A stretch of 64,000 nt of DNA from Elsinoe ampelina (GCA_010093995.1 ML992502.1:199868-263867), one strand, 5' to 3'; shown: positions 48,766-61,677, numbered from the stretch's first letter. Notes: a model not told the origin generated them from the sequence alone. Translations and numbers: made by a program.

Positions 48766-50622
48766 ATGTATTCTTCTAGAGTAGTACAGCCGCTGTCTCC
48801 ACCAAGCTCACCGCGCATGTCGGGTCAGGACCATAAGCCAGTTGAGCCGCTCTGGAACGCACAGCAACAGTCTCAGTCAGGCTACGCACCTGTCGGCTCC
48901 AGGTCACAACCGCCCAACACGCTGTCCTATCCTTCTTTCTACAACGCCCGTGAGAGCGGTCAACACGGTGTTCACACCCTCCCGAACATCCACGATGTGT
49001 ACGGAAACCTAGGTCAACCATCGCCGACACATACCGGCAGTCAAAGTCACTCGGCTAGCGGCAATGAGATCGACTTCACGAGAAAAGATACTGGCTCAAG
49101 CGCTGAGTCGCTGTCTTCCCTCCAGCATCGAGACTCGGTGGTGATGCCTTCCTCTAGTTCTCAGCATCCAGGAGGTCAACCTTCTGGCTATGACGAATCT
49201 GAAGACGCAGACGATGACGATGAGATCTCGGACGAGATCGACGAGGGGAAGGAAGGAGGGGAGGACCGGCCGATGACTGCTGCCGAGATCAGACAGCAGA
49301 AGAGAAAGATGAAACGCTTTCGTCTCACGCACAGCCAGACGAGGTTCTTGATGAGTGAATTTGCTCGACAGGCGCATCCGGATGCCGCGCATCGAGAGAG
49401 GCTATCCCGGGAAATCCCTGGCCTGAGTCCTCGTCAAGTGCAAGTTTGGTTTCAAAACAGGTAGGCTCACCCACCCGCTGCTTTTCAGACAGGCATGGAA
49501 TTCATTAATCTGACAGACGATCCAGGCGAGCCAAGCTCAAACGGCTGAGCGCTGAAGACCGCGAAAGAATGATGCGATCGAGAGCCATACCCGAAAGCTA
49601 TGGTATGGGACTGCCGATCAACCAGCAATACATCCCGTCTCCTTCGACTGCTGGTTCAACAACTCCATCCATCCCGCAGAACCCCCCAATGAGCCGGATG
49701 GGCGATATGCGACCACTCAGTCTTGATACCCTGCGACGTGGTACTGAGCACAGTTACACAAGCCCGACTTCTGTCACCCCTGGCCTTGGATCACTGGCCT
49801 TCACCCCTCCACAGTCCGCGAGCGATGTGCAGTCGCCGATCTCGACCACAAACGAGATGGGATTCGGCTATGGTCACCGTGCCATCATGGAACAGCGACG
49901 ACCTCTTCTTCCACCCAGCCACAGCTCTGCGCCATCTTTCACGAGTAATTACGGCTCGAGTATTGGTCGGATGCCATCTTATGAACGATTGCGTACTTCT
50001 AGCGGCGACTCGCTCGGCTCACCTCTCAGGACCAGTATGTCATACTCGAACTTCTCAAACACGTCACCGCAGGCACACCAGAGCCAGGACACGAGAGACC
50101 AAGGCCAGCAAAACGCTGGGCAACAAGGCTCTCATAGTCGAGGAAACTCGCAACGCGATATGCCTCCACCTGCTGGACCGTTCGGTCTTGGATTCTCTTG
50201 TGAGGATGCTAAGGGAATTACGGCTGATTTAGGCTAATATCGTTACAGTTGAGAATATGCCCAATAATCAGTCAAGTGTCCACACACAGCAACAAGCACC
50301 ATCTACTAGTGGATCCAATCAGCCAGCATATCGAGGAATCGCGCCACCCTCCAACACTCAAGGCGCATATCCGTCTTACTTTGACTACCAAAATTCCAGC
50401 TACTCTACGCCTCAACTACCGCATTACCAACAACCTTCATTTGGCGGCTCCTACTCTTCACCTCTATCCTCAAATCCGTTCACCCAAGCACCTATGCATC
50501 AACAGCAGCAGGCGTACGGCCAGCATCAACAAGCTCACCAGAATGCTCAGCAAGAACGCGCCAAAGAAGAGCACGAAGGACATCACCAACAAGGTGGTGT
50601 ATCCATCAGCAACCCATACTGA
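48766..50622 (+). CDS. Homeobox transcription factor (resembles Podospora PAH1 type)
   Basis: Homeodomain KRKMKRFRLTHSQTRFLMSEFARQAHPDAAHRERLSREIPGLSPRQVQVWFQNR/RAKLKR; introns 49461-49525 and 50200-50248. Confidence 0.9.
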
Positions 50623-50671
50623 ACCAACAATACAAAACATACAGTACACAGTACTATGCACATAGACCATG

Positions 50672-51334
50672 TCAACATTGCGACTTCCTGCGCTGCTTCA
50701 GAGCACGATACCCCTTCACAACATTCCTCAACGCCAGTTTATTGACGACGCACCACGCGATCATGCATGCACATACAGCCAGCACGACTTTCCCTACATC
50801 ATCTACTTCAGCAAACAGATCTCTGTCCGACACGAGATCCGTCTCCACTTCAGCACAAAGTCGACACTCGCACCCCTCTGGCAGGAACGAACGCACGACA
50901 TCATTATCGACCTGCACTAAAGGCACAACCTCCCCTTCTTTGGCGCAATATTTACCGCCCATCCGCTCCTGGGATTCTTGTTTCACGCGCGCGCGTCGAA
51001 TTTTTTTTACAGCACTTTGGATCAAAAAAATTCGAGATACCCACGGCGAGGCTTGCTTTGATGTTATTGTTACGGATCTTTTCGCTTCGCGCTGTCCTTC
51101 ATGCTCGGCATGTCTTGGTTTTGGGTTGTATGGATTTGTACAGATGAGACATAGGAGGTGGAAGAGGAGCAAGAGGAGGAGGAGGCAGGGAAGGAGAGCA
51201 GGGGCGAGGCAAGGGCGGATAGCGATCTGGTATTGCACGTCGAATCGCAGAGGCAGCAGAGAGGGGTCTAGGGAGAAGAGGGAGATGTAGTTGACGAGAG
51301 AAACGGTGAGGCATTGCTCGTCGCTCCTTTGCAT
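50672..51334 (-). CDS. Possible hypothetical protein
   Basis: 220-aa ORF with two hydrophobic stretches and no recognised motif; may be spurious. Confidence 0.2.
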   Translation of the reverse strand: MQRSDEQCLTVSLVNYISLFSLDPSLLPLRFDVQYQIAIRPCLAPALLPCLLLLLLLFHLLCLICTNPYNPKPRHAEHEGQREAKRSVTITSKQASPWVSRIFLIQSAVKKIRRARVKQESQERMGGKYCAKEGEVVPLVQVDNDVVRSFLPEGCECRLCAEVETDLVSDRDLFAEVDDVGKVVLAVCACMIAWCVVNKLALRNVVKGYRALKQRRKSQC

Positions 51335-52354
51335 CGCATTTGGGTCAGTGTGCGCACCGGCTTTTGGGGTCCAGGGCTTGGGTTGGGTAGTGTCTTGTCT
51401 GTCTCTACGAAATGCATAGTATTAAGCGTGACTAATTGACTTGTCATCCCCTGTTTAAACCTTACATGGCGATGTCAGGCTCAAACTCCAGCTTTCTCTT
51501 TGACATTCACGTGCCTTTACACCATACCAGGACACAGGGATAATTGATCCTGGGCGCACCCCCCTTCTCGTCCAGAGCAGAAATCCTGCCCCCGACGCCA
51601 CGAGCATGCTTTCAGCATTCAATGACGCCTTGACTGGCATCCTGCGAAACTCTATGTCCAGAGCGTGATTGTGGCGGGGATAGGGTTGGGTGTTTCTGAA
51701 ACAGATCTACTTGCCGTGAGCCGCATCTTCGATGTCCGGGTAGACCAAGGTTGCGGGTGAAACAGCCGCTGCTGGGGAGAGAGGGGAAAAGAGGGCAAGG
51801 GGAGATAGAGGTGCAGTCACTTGAGCGGGAAGGGGCAATTTGGGAGCTTACATCCGTTCCGGGTATCGAGGAGGGAGTGATGAGCAGGGAGAGAGAGGAT
51901 GACTGAGCGGTGCCCTAGATTGTGGTTGACTTGGGGCTGGAGGGCGGTATGTAAGGATAGTTTCGAGATACATGCCGTGCTATGCTGACCGCCTATTTCG
52001 TCATGTTGCTGACGCTGATGCTGATGCACGAGGCTGTGTCTGCGACATGTTCAATGGCGTTCACCCACCATGATTGCTCAAGAGAATTTGGCGGACTAGA
52101 GCACAAAATTGCTCTTGATTCCAACCGAGCATTTGCTGAAGAAAAACTCTTTCTCAACGACTGGTTTACTCACATATAGAGACTCGTTGGGAAATGGGTC
52201 TTGCATTGTTAACAATGGTGCTGCAAGCGGGGGCCGATGCCTGCAATGCCAGGATACACGCTCGGTGGTCTCTTGCTTGAGCTATATATATGATCAAATT
52301 TGCCACCTTCGTCGATGTTCGATCGAAGACACCTGGGAATGGATGTTTTCACTT

Positions 52355-52477
52355 GCCGGGTTGGCGCAGTGGGTCAGTAGACACCCTCGGAGATCACACT
52401 CCTCAGTCTGACGGGATAACTAGTAACGCGTCGCACTTGTAATGCGAAGATCCCAGGTTCAATTCCTGGACTCGGCA
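52355..52477 (+). tRNA. tRNA-Thr(TGT) with a spliceosomal-type insert in the D-loop (52373-52423)
   Basis: Exons 52355-52372 and 52424-52477 join to 72 nt: GCCGGGT TG GCGC AGTGG/TA ACGC G TCGCA CT TGT AA TGCGA AGATC CCAGG TTCAATT CCTGG ACTCGGC A. Acceptor (one G-U), anticodon and T stems pair; T6 follows. Confidence 0.92.
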
Positions 52478-52483
52478 TTTTTT
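52478..52483 (+). terminator. Pol III oligo-T terminator of tRNA-Thr(TGT)
   Basis: TTTTTT immediately after the discriminator A. Confidence 0.8.
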
Positions 52484-53800
52484 GATCTTTTTGAGCTCTC
52501 TAGGGTGCTCTTTATGATCCTTGGAAGCTTATACATCGAATGGAGTAAATCAGATAATCAAAAATTTTGCTCTACCTTTCGCTACGTGTTGATGAAACTC
52601 TGCTTGGAACGGACTGCCCCGAATTTGCCAAGATTTCACATGCGCAGAGCCGCAACGCCTGAACGTTGATATTGTTCTTGCAAGGAATGTCAATTTTTGG
52701 TCATGTCGGCGAAAATATCATTCACAAGTTCTCAATGTTGCACTAACCTCTGGGATGAGCTTCTGCTGCATACTGGTACCAAAAACTGCACACAGATCAT
52801 CGAGGTCATCCGATCACCCGTCCACAACCATCATGCACGTGCTGCACCGGGTAACGAGGATGCAGACGACCGTGTACTACGGTGTCCACCAGTCAATTGT
52901 CAGATCACATTTCTGATGATATGTTTGTGTTCATTATGTGAGCAATAGCCGCTGGCATGGAATACTGCATCTAATGGATGAGGACATGTCAGGAAACCAT
53001 GACGTGGAGCTGCCCACGATCTGTCCAACCTATCTGTCCAAATCTGTCTCAGGGGCTCTCTCAGCTCCCAAGCTGGACAAAGCCGCGTCCTGAACCAAAA
53101 AAAGAGTCGACGAACTACTCCTGACGTGCAAGTCTCAGATGGAACGCGATATTATAACGTGTCGCGTCTCAACAGAAGCCCTTCATAGCTGTAGAGCTGT
53201 AGAGTCATCATACCATGAGATGACTGATCTCCTGCTCACAAAAGATACGTGTGAAATCACATCTCGGCTGCACAGAGTCATGTCCTTGTGGCTTGGCCGC
53301 TCCTTGCCCTGTCCGAATGGAGGAAAATGAAGTAAAGTGACATCGATCTCCGCCTAAATTACCCTTCGACAAATTCTTCCATAATCTTTCGAATCTCCAT
53401 CAAACCACCTCCACCCAAAAGGCGATATCCATTTCGTCTTTTCCTTGCGTGTCTGTCTCTTCTGTAGATAGACGATCGCTTTGTTCTTGCATCGTGCTTG
53501 TCCAGCACCAACCGCTAGGACAAAGAACCGTTGGGTTCATCCTCCTTGGACCTCACGCGCTCGGACGGCATCCCATTGCCATCCCCGTCCGCCCTTTTCT
53601 TCGGTCTCTGCACTTAAGAGCACCTCACACGCCTGGTATCGTCGACTCGAGACGTGCCCCTTCCATCTCCGCTCATCGCAACCTGTATTTCATCGGTCGC
53701 GTCGCGGATTTGACATCTGACTTCGCCCGGAAGCAGCAAAAAAAGTAACACCTGAAAATTTCCGCACAGCCGCTTTTCGCATCAAACCGACAACAATCTC

Positions 53801-56800
53801 ATGACAAGCGCAATCCCGACGGCACCTGTTCAGGCAAAGTCGACCTCGTCCATCAGCGTGCCCACTCAGACAAACCCTCGCAACCCTTCCCCGATCCCTG
53901 CTGTGCCGGCGCAGCTCCCCAAAGCTTCCTACGCCAACGCGACAAAGCCCACCTCTATCAACCCACAAGCGCCTATAATATCGTCGACGGGAGCTCAGGC
54001 GCCCGTGCAACATGGCAAGGTAGACACACACAGCTCGACAGGTCCAATGTCAGCATCTTCGCCTGCCGTTGGTAACCCCAGCGGCAACCAAACCGACTTT
54101 TCCAGGCAGGATAGTCATGGCAGGAAGCCTTCGGTGGTCATCAGCGCATCAGGAGCTAGTGGTCAGATACCAAATGGAGGTCCTGTCGGTCAGAATACTC
54201 GTCCCAATATTGCTTTTGGTTCGATGATGAACAACCAAGGTTCGCCAGCTATCGCAAGCAGCTCTTCAGCATACCCTCCACAAAACACCTCACTCCCTGT
54301 GAGAGGAGCCGACCCACGCATCACATCGCCAGCGCACTCTCCGGCGCCCATTCCTCAACCACCTGCTAGTGGAGGCAAACCTCCCCAAGGTATCTCTGGA
54401 CAGGGTAATGGAATTGTTTTTGGGAGCTCGGGGGCTGAGAATGGAGATTCCAATGTGAGTTTAACTCTAATCCACCAGCGTGAATTTCGAACCTGGATGT
54501 GTAAATTCATTTTTCTGGACACAACAAACTATGAACTATGAAACTAATATTTAATCAGCTTCGTGCCTCTCAAGGTCCTCTCACTCCTTCTCAACAACCT
54601 GCACACCTTCGAAGGGAATCTTCGCAATCTGCACATAGCGATATGAGCGGTGTTGGTATGCAAAATCGCCAGTTCATGCCCAACGGCCGTGGTCGTGGGA
54701 ACTTCATACCCCAGTACGGTACACCACACTCTCCTGCCATGGGTTATCGTCAGCCTTCTCGTGGCCCCATGCCTGGCCAGTTCCAGAATCAGCCGAATAT
54801 GTTCAACTCGCCCAGAGGACGGAACAGCCCAGCGTTGATGCCAGCGCAACCCCACATGCCACAAGGAATGCCAGGTCAGCAGATGCAGTACGGAGGGTAC
54901 CCACAGCACCTGAATCCTGCAGGTTATGTACGTTCACTCTTCCATGATGAGTTTGCCGTTGTAGTTCCTAACTGTTCTCAGCCACACATGTACATGCAAG
55001 GCATGAATCAATATGATCCCAACGCAGGTTACTACCAGCCCTACTACCCCCAACAGGGCTACCAAGGTGCACCACCCAGCCCACGTCCTGGTCAGCAGTA
55101 TCCCAACAGCTATGGCGGACCACCACAACACGCATCTCCATATCATCCTCCCAGCATGTCGAGGAGCGGTTCCCAGGCTTCCGAGCGACCAGCCTCCAGC
55201 CTCGGTAGCAGACCACCTACCACCGCGAGTAATGTTCCTCCATCTTCCACTCCACAATCGACCACTCCGGTCACCCCAATCTCATCAAACTTTGTCAAGC
55301 CTCAAAAATCCAAGGCCATCGTCATCAAGAATGCCGCTGGCGAGGAAGTTCACTTTGACAAGAAGTCGTCGCCTGCCCCTGTCGCCGCTCCTGCGCCACC
55401 ACAAAGTCCTGCCATCGTCGGCTCGACCCCTACTCCGACCCCGCCACCTCGCGCACCTAGTGCCACCAAGCAGCATGAGCGAGCCGAGAGTCGAAACCCA
55501 AAGACAGACAACGATATCAAGACTGGATTCCAAGAGCAGGTCAGGAAGCAGATCGAGGCACAGAAGGAGGCAGAGCGCAAGAAGCAAGGCGGCGATGACA
55601 AGGCTGCTGCTGTTGACGATGTCAAGTCAGCCGACGCCGCTTCGAGCGAAGACAAAGCCGTCGAGGAGAAGGCAAAGGCGACTGAGCCTGCCAAGGAGGC
55701 TCAACCCAAGCCCGACGTCGAAGCAGCTGCTCCAGCCATTGCTGAGAAGGAGACTGCTCCTGCCGAGAGTGCCGAAGACGCTGCCGCTCGCAAGAAGCGC
55801 GAGGACGACGAAGAAATGGAGCGCATGATTGCCGAAATGGAGGCTGCTGAAAAGGAGGAAGAAGAGCGCGAGCGCAAGCACCAGGAAAAAAGAAAGGCAG
55901 AGGCCGAAGAGAAAAAGAAGCGCGAGGCAGAGATTTCAGCCAACGCTGATGCTGAAATGAAGCGTCTCGAGAGGGAAGCTGAAGAGACAGAACTTCAACG
56001 GGAGAAGAAAAGAGAGGCCGAGTCAAAAGCCCCTGCTTCGAAGGAGGATCAGGATCTCTTCGCCCAGCTCAAGAAGCCTTCTCTCGGACCTGGTGCCAAC
56101 GCATCGGCCGAGCCAGAGACACCTGCAAGCGAGGACGTCCCATCCAGGACTGCTACTCCGGAACTGATGGCGGCTCCACCTCGATCCGCTGGCAAGCCCA
56201 AGCCGAATCCCCTCAAGCTTAGAACAGACAAGCCCGTCGAGCCAGCACAGCCGACACCTGGTATGCAGGCGCTCAAGTCTGCTCGTCTACTTGACCTCAA
56301 GCGTGAAAGCATCAACTACCCAGAAGGCATCCAGTCACCGAACCCCGCGCTCAACAACACTGGCAAGCAACGCGGTCTGCAGTATGACAAGAACTTCCTG
56401 CTTCAGTTCCAGGAGGTGTTCAAGGAGAAGCCTACCATCGACTGGGACCAAAAGGTCAAGGACACTCTCGGCGATTCCGAGCCTGGGTCCGCCCGACCAT
56501 CTGCCAGCCGACAGGGCTCTGTCTCCATGGGTCCAAGACAGCCATCAAACCGTGGTCCTTCGGTTCCTTTCCAGACAATGGGCTCTTTCGGTGGCCCTTC
56601 ACGCACGTTGCCACCTGGTACTACCTCGATGGACCGTTTCAATGCCGCCCAACAAGGCATGCGCCCCATGGGTGGCATGAACTTCGGAGGTGGCCGTGGA
56701 GGATTCCCAATGGGTCAGCCGATGTCGAGACAAGGCTCGCTGCAAGCCATGGGTAACCCGCCGTCGCCTCGACCTGGTGGATCTCGAGGTGGTAAGAGCA

Positions 56801-58333
56801 AGCGTGGTCCCGACCGGGCCATGAGCCGAAAGGAGGAAGAGCAGCATAACAAGTCTATGCCTCTCACCGCCGGTATGGAACTGAAGGGTCTCGAGAAGAG
56901 TTCGACCGGATGGACTGCCCGCAGTATCGGCGCTCCTGCTGCGGCTGCTGCCACTGGTCCTGACGGCATGATGCCTCCTGACATGGTGCAACGCAAGGTC
57001 AAGGCTGCCCTCAACAAGATGACTCCTGAGAAGTTTGAGAAGATCTCCGACCAAATTATGGAGATTGCCAACCAGTCCAAGAACGAGACCGATGGCAGGA
57101 CCCTGCGACAGGTCATCCAGCTTACTTTCGAAAAGGCTTGCGACGAAGCTCACTGGGCTGGCATGTACGCCAAGTTCTGTCAGAAGATGTTGACACAGAT
57201 GAGCAACGAGATCAAGGATGAGACGATCGTCAAGAACGGCCAGCCCGTAACCGGTGGTGGTCTGTTCAGAAAGTACTTGCTCAACAGATGTCAAGAGGAG
57301 TTCGAGCGTGGTTGGGAAGCAAACCTGCCCGAGAAGCCAGAGGGCGAGACCGAAGAGGCAGCCCTCCTGTCTGACGAGTACTACATTGCCGCTGCCGCAA
57401 AGCGAAAGGGTCTTGGTCTCATCCAATTCATCGGTGAGCTGTACAAGCTTGGCATGTTGACGTACCGCATCATGCACCAATGTGTGCTGCGACTGCTCAA
57501 CTTTGAGGGTCAGCCAGATGAAGCTGCCGTGGAGAACTTGTGTCGTCTGCTCCGAACGGTCGGTGCCACCATGGACAACTCGGACGAGCAAGGTCACGGT
57601 CTTGTCAACGCCTACTTCGAGCGTATTAACAACATTCTCGACCAGAACAAGGACATGCCATCAAGACCACGCTTCATGCTCATGGACGTCATCGACCTTC
57701 GCAAGCATGCATGGCAAGACAAGTCTGCCTCCAAGGGCCCAAAGACAATCCAGGAGATTCGCGCCGAAGCAGAAGCTGCACAGGCTGCACAGGAGCTGGA
57801 GCGACAGAAGACGAACATGCGTGGTGGTCGTCCACCTGCTGGAAGGGGCGATGCACGATCGTTCTCTACCCAGGGCATGCCTCCACCAGACCACAACCGC
57901 AACATGGTCGCCATGGACGATCTGCGGAAATTGACAAACAGGAACAACCCTTCGTCGAGGGCGGCGCCTTCTGGTGGGCTCGGTCCCAACTTGGGTCCTG
58001 GCTCGTCTTTGTTTGCCGGCAGGAGTGGCAGCGGTCGAAGAGGTCTCGGTCCTCCAAGAGATGGAGACGCCAGTGGCAACACATCTCGCACCAATACTCC
58101 TCCAATGAAGAAGGAAGAGAAGGAGTCAACTTCAGCAGTAAACTCGTTCAGGTAAGGTGCTCCGAGCTCACTCTTCGTATAAGTCACTAATATTCAATAG
58201 TGCCCTTGCAGCCCTCGAGAATGATAGTAGTGAAGCCGCAGCCCGGTCACCTCCTAGCGAAAAGGCCTCGCCGGCAGTCTCAAAGGCCACACCTTCGATC
58301 GACTCCGCGTCCAATGCGCCCAATGGCGCATGA
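53801..58333 (+). CDS. TIF4631: Translation initiation factor eIF4G
   Basis: eIF4E-binding motif YDKNFLL, MIF4G domain (VQRKVKAALNKMTPEKF...FEKACDE...FIGELYK...GPKTIQEIR). Introns 54455-54558, 54928-54981, 58152-58200; last exon NSF/SALAALE. Confidence 0.94.
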
Positions 58334-58849
58334 ACCACTTGACCCTTTGATGGGTCAGGTGTTCTGACCCATCGCTCCGCACTCGGACCGGAGCACGCCA
58401 AACCCAGCTTCGAGACTATGATACCCGTCGAATGGTTTTTGGGCCACGACTCATATCAACTTTTCGCGCATCTGTACAGCATACCCAACCATTCGAGCCA
58501 TCTGATACACTAGGGAGGGGGTCACCACCAAAGGGGGGGGGGGGGGCGCCAAAAACACTAATACTCCATCTTCACCGCTGTACAACACTTTTTGCACACC
58601 AATGGAGGTAGGAAGGGAGGAGCGAGGGGACACACTGCATCGAGCAGTGCAGACTGAGAGCATACAACGGGCGTCCAAAAAACGCCTCTGTAGAGAGAGA
58701 TATTCCTTCTCTTGCAATATGGGGCGCCGGGTTCGACTTGTTTGTTGCATCTGCGATCGATCTTTTCTGGGATTCTGGGAAGAGACAGGTCAGATGGAAA
58801 GACGGAAAGGAGAGGTTGAAGGTCAAGCACAGTCTGATAATTCGAATTG

Positions 58850-58869
58850 CTCTCTCTCTCTCTCTCTCT
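58850..58869 (+). repeat. (CT)n microsatellite; a G14 homopolymer lies nearby at 58533-58546
   Basis: Read directly from the sequence. Confidence 0.8.
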
Positions 58870-59810
58870 GTCTGTCGTTGTGTCCCATCTTCGGGCCATT
58901 TCTTGAAGCTTGTTGTTGACGAGCTTTTTCTCTCTTTTTCGTCCTGGGCGAGGAAGTTGCGCGGAGAGGAAGTGCACAGGCGGTGCGCTGGTGATGGAGA
59001 GGTGGTTATGTAGGGCAAGGAGGTAGATGGTATAGAGGATTTACTTCTGACCCGTGCCGTGTGTTGGAATGTGCCGTGACTATAATCCTCTCCCGTCCTG
59101 GACGCACGACATACCTCACCCAAGCTGCCATGCCATGAGTCTGACTCGTGCATTTCCCCCAAGAGGCGTCGCGACCGTCGCGAGCAACCCGACGTCAACC
59201 TACCTCCCACCTTCTCGCGACGCAGATCTTCAGGCTTCTCCCGCCGCCTCACCCGCCATCGCGATCCGCCCATCAGGTTGTCCGCCGCGACAGAAAAAAA
59301 AAGTGGAGGCGTGACGTTGGTGGTCGACCATAAACTTTCTTGCACCTCTCGGTTCAAGGCCAGTGAGTTCTGTGGACAGCGGACCTGGAAAAACTTGGGC
59401 AGGTGGGCGCAGATCGTGGGTGTAGCCGAACCGTGGGCAGGGCGTGGTCGAGGCTTGGGGTGAGGTGGTATGTCATTCCTGAGAGAGCCGGCATGTGCCA
59501 GTAGGGTGGCTTTCTCGATGGGCGTGACCGGGCTGCTGGGATGGTGCCTGGTTGGAATCGTTTTGCGTCATGCTTGGGAGCGGACGTGGGTCCACATGTT
59601 CGTGGCGTTGGGTGTTCCTTGTTTGCCGTGAGGTAGGTCAGGGAGGGTAGGTGATGGGTGGGCTAGAGGGGAGAGGTATATCTTCAGGGAGCTGCTTGCT
59701 CTGTCTCATACCACTTCAAGTCATAACCACATATCAAGCAAGACATTGTTGAGATTGATTTCCATCAAAGCACCCTCATCACCAGCTCCATACACACACA
59801 CACAGACACA

Positions 59811-60322
59811 ATGGAAGGCCTCAAGAAGACTGGCTCAGGTGAGAGGGCCCACCGCATCAAGCTTGGGCTCCGTACTGACGCTGCCCAGACTACCTCGCCG
59901 GCGCCGGCAACACGGTCGCCAACCTCGGCGACACGGCGGGAAAGACAGTCAACAGCGCCTCCACCACCGTCGGCGACACTGTGAACAGCGCGGGCAAGGG
60001 AGCGAGCGATACGTTGGGCCAAGTCACCGGAGGACTGGACAAGACGATCAAGGGTGAGTGAATCTCTATAGGCCCTTCCACGATCAACGCAGGTGAAATT
60101 GCTTCTTACCAGGAGGAGCAGAGACGGGCAGGGAGCAGAGACACGCAAGCAGAACCCCGAGCTGACGACCCTCTAGGCTATGGCGATAGCGCATCCAAGA
60201 CCGCTCAGAACGCGGGCAACAGCGTCAGGGGCGCGACCGGTGGTCAGCAGTCGTCTGCGCAGAGCGCGGTGGATAGCACCAAGAAGCAGGCCGACAAGGG
60301 GGTGAATCAGCTGAAGAAATAG
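59811..60322 (+). CDS. Small Gly/Ala/Thr/Lys-rich LEA-like hydrophilin (112 aa, 3 exons)
   Basis: Exons 59811-59838, 59889-60053 and 60177-60322 total 339 nt in one open frame (MEGLKKTGSDYLAGAGNTVANLGDTAGKTVNSASTTVGDTVNSAGKGASDTLGQVTGG...). Both introns have GTGAG donors, CTGAC branch points and YAG acceptors. Confidence 0.78.
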
Positions 60323-60533
60323 GCGATGGGCAAGTAATGGTGATGGTTATGCTCGGATGCAGGATAGATACACCCATAATGAATCGTTTCCATAAGACTT
60401 TTTATACCGCGCCTGGTTGGCAATGCAATGCAGCACTTGTTCCTCCGAGTGCTAATTATGATACACAAGCCCCTGCTCTTCCTTGTGATACAGCCTTCAT
60501 CCAAGCCCTTCCGTACCTCGTCCATTCCGTCAT

Positions 60534-61321
60534 CTATTTGTTGCCCTTGAATTGTTGCTTGCCGTAGTCCCACGGTACGTATCGGTATTCTGTAGATTGT
60601 CAGTCGTATCCCCTTGCATCGTTGCTGCCTGGTCACTCACTCAACATGTGCTGAATCTGCCTCCTCATCGTCAACACCACGAGGATCAACCAGTATATCA
60701 CTAACACTGGCCAGAAGACTGGCAGGTTAAAGTACTCTGACCAACTGCAGAAGAACGCAATGACAATGGCGCGTGTTGCTGAGTACCAGAATTTGAACTC
60801 GGGGAGGCGGCGCACGAACGGCTTGAACTCTTCGTTGGATTTGGTAGGGAGCGAGGACGAGCCTTCTTCCATGTCTTCGTCGGTTTCGAGACCCGGGTCG
60901 AATTTGGGGGAGATGAAGGCGAGGAAGAGGTTGAGGAGGTAGATGCCGAGAGAGTAGGCAACTGAATGGATGTTAGGGGTGTCCCTGTTCCTATCTTTCG
61001 ATTCGATCTGCCTCTTCGCGAGGCGAGTGACGGAGTGTGGTCTTACCGATGTACCATCCTTGCGCGAAGATGATTCTGAGTCCGAAGAGGAGAAATACTA
61101 CACCGGTACCTATCCATCTGTACGTCGCGAATGGAGTCGACTTGTCGAGGTAGCTTTGGTATATCTGCGCAAGACGAGTCAGCTCGTGCATCCACACTCT
61201 CAAGGCTCTTGTCGCGCCTTATAGATCCTGACATCGCCTTGGAATGGATACTCACTCTTCCATACTTGGTTGTTTGCGCGCTCACTGCCGCGAAAGGGGT
61301 ATCTGGCTCCGGCGCATCCAT
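60534..61321 (-). CDS. RER1: Golgi-to-ER retrieval receptor Rer1 (multi-exon)
   Basis: YQSYLDKSTPFATYRW, QGWYI, LGIYLLNLFLAFISPKFDP, EEFKPFVRRLPEFKFWY, PVFWPVL, MRRQIQHM, YRYVPWDYGK. Confidence 0.94.
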
Positions 61322-61677
61322 CTTGTCAATCGCTGGTGGCGGTCTGCGATATCTGCTTGTCGATCTCGCCGCAGCAATCCAAAGCAGTCCGAGTATCAAA
61401 CCGATCAAATAAGGAGTGAACGAATGGGAGCGCGATGAAAGTTGGTGGATGTGGTGCTTTCAGTCAACAATTTCCCAGCTCTCAATCTCAATCCGGGAGC
61501 CACATGTCTGCTCGCCTAAACTTGCTGACTTTGTCCCTTTCCTCTCTTCAACTTTCCCTTCGCATGTAACCGCTCCTCGAGCTCTCCCCGCAAACCCAAT
61601 TGCAAGATGCTTTCATTCACATGCCATCTTGAAGCTTTTCCTTTCTAACCATACCCTCACTGGCACAACTCTTCACA

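Noticed and set aside
58722..58745. GGGTTCGACTT looks like a T-loop/B box
   Set aside because: No flanking T-stem, acceptor stem or anticodon arm.
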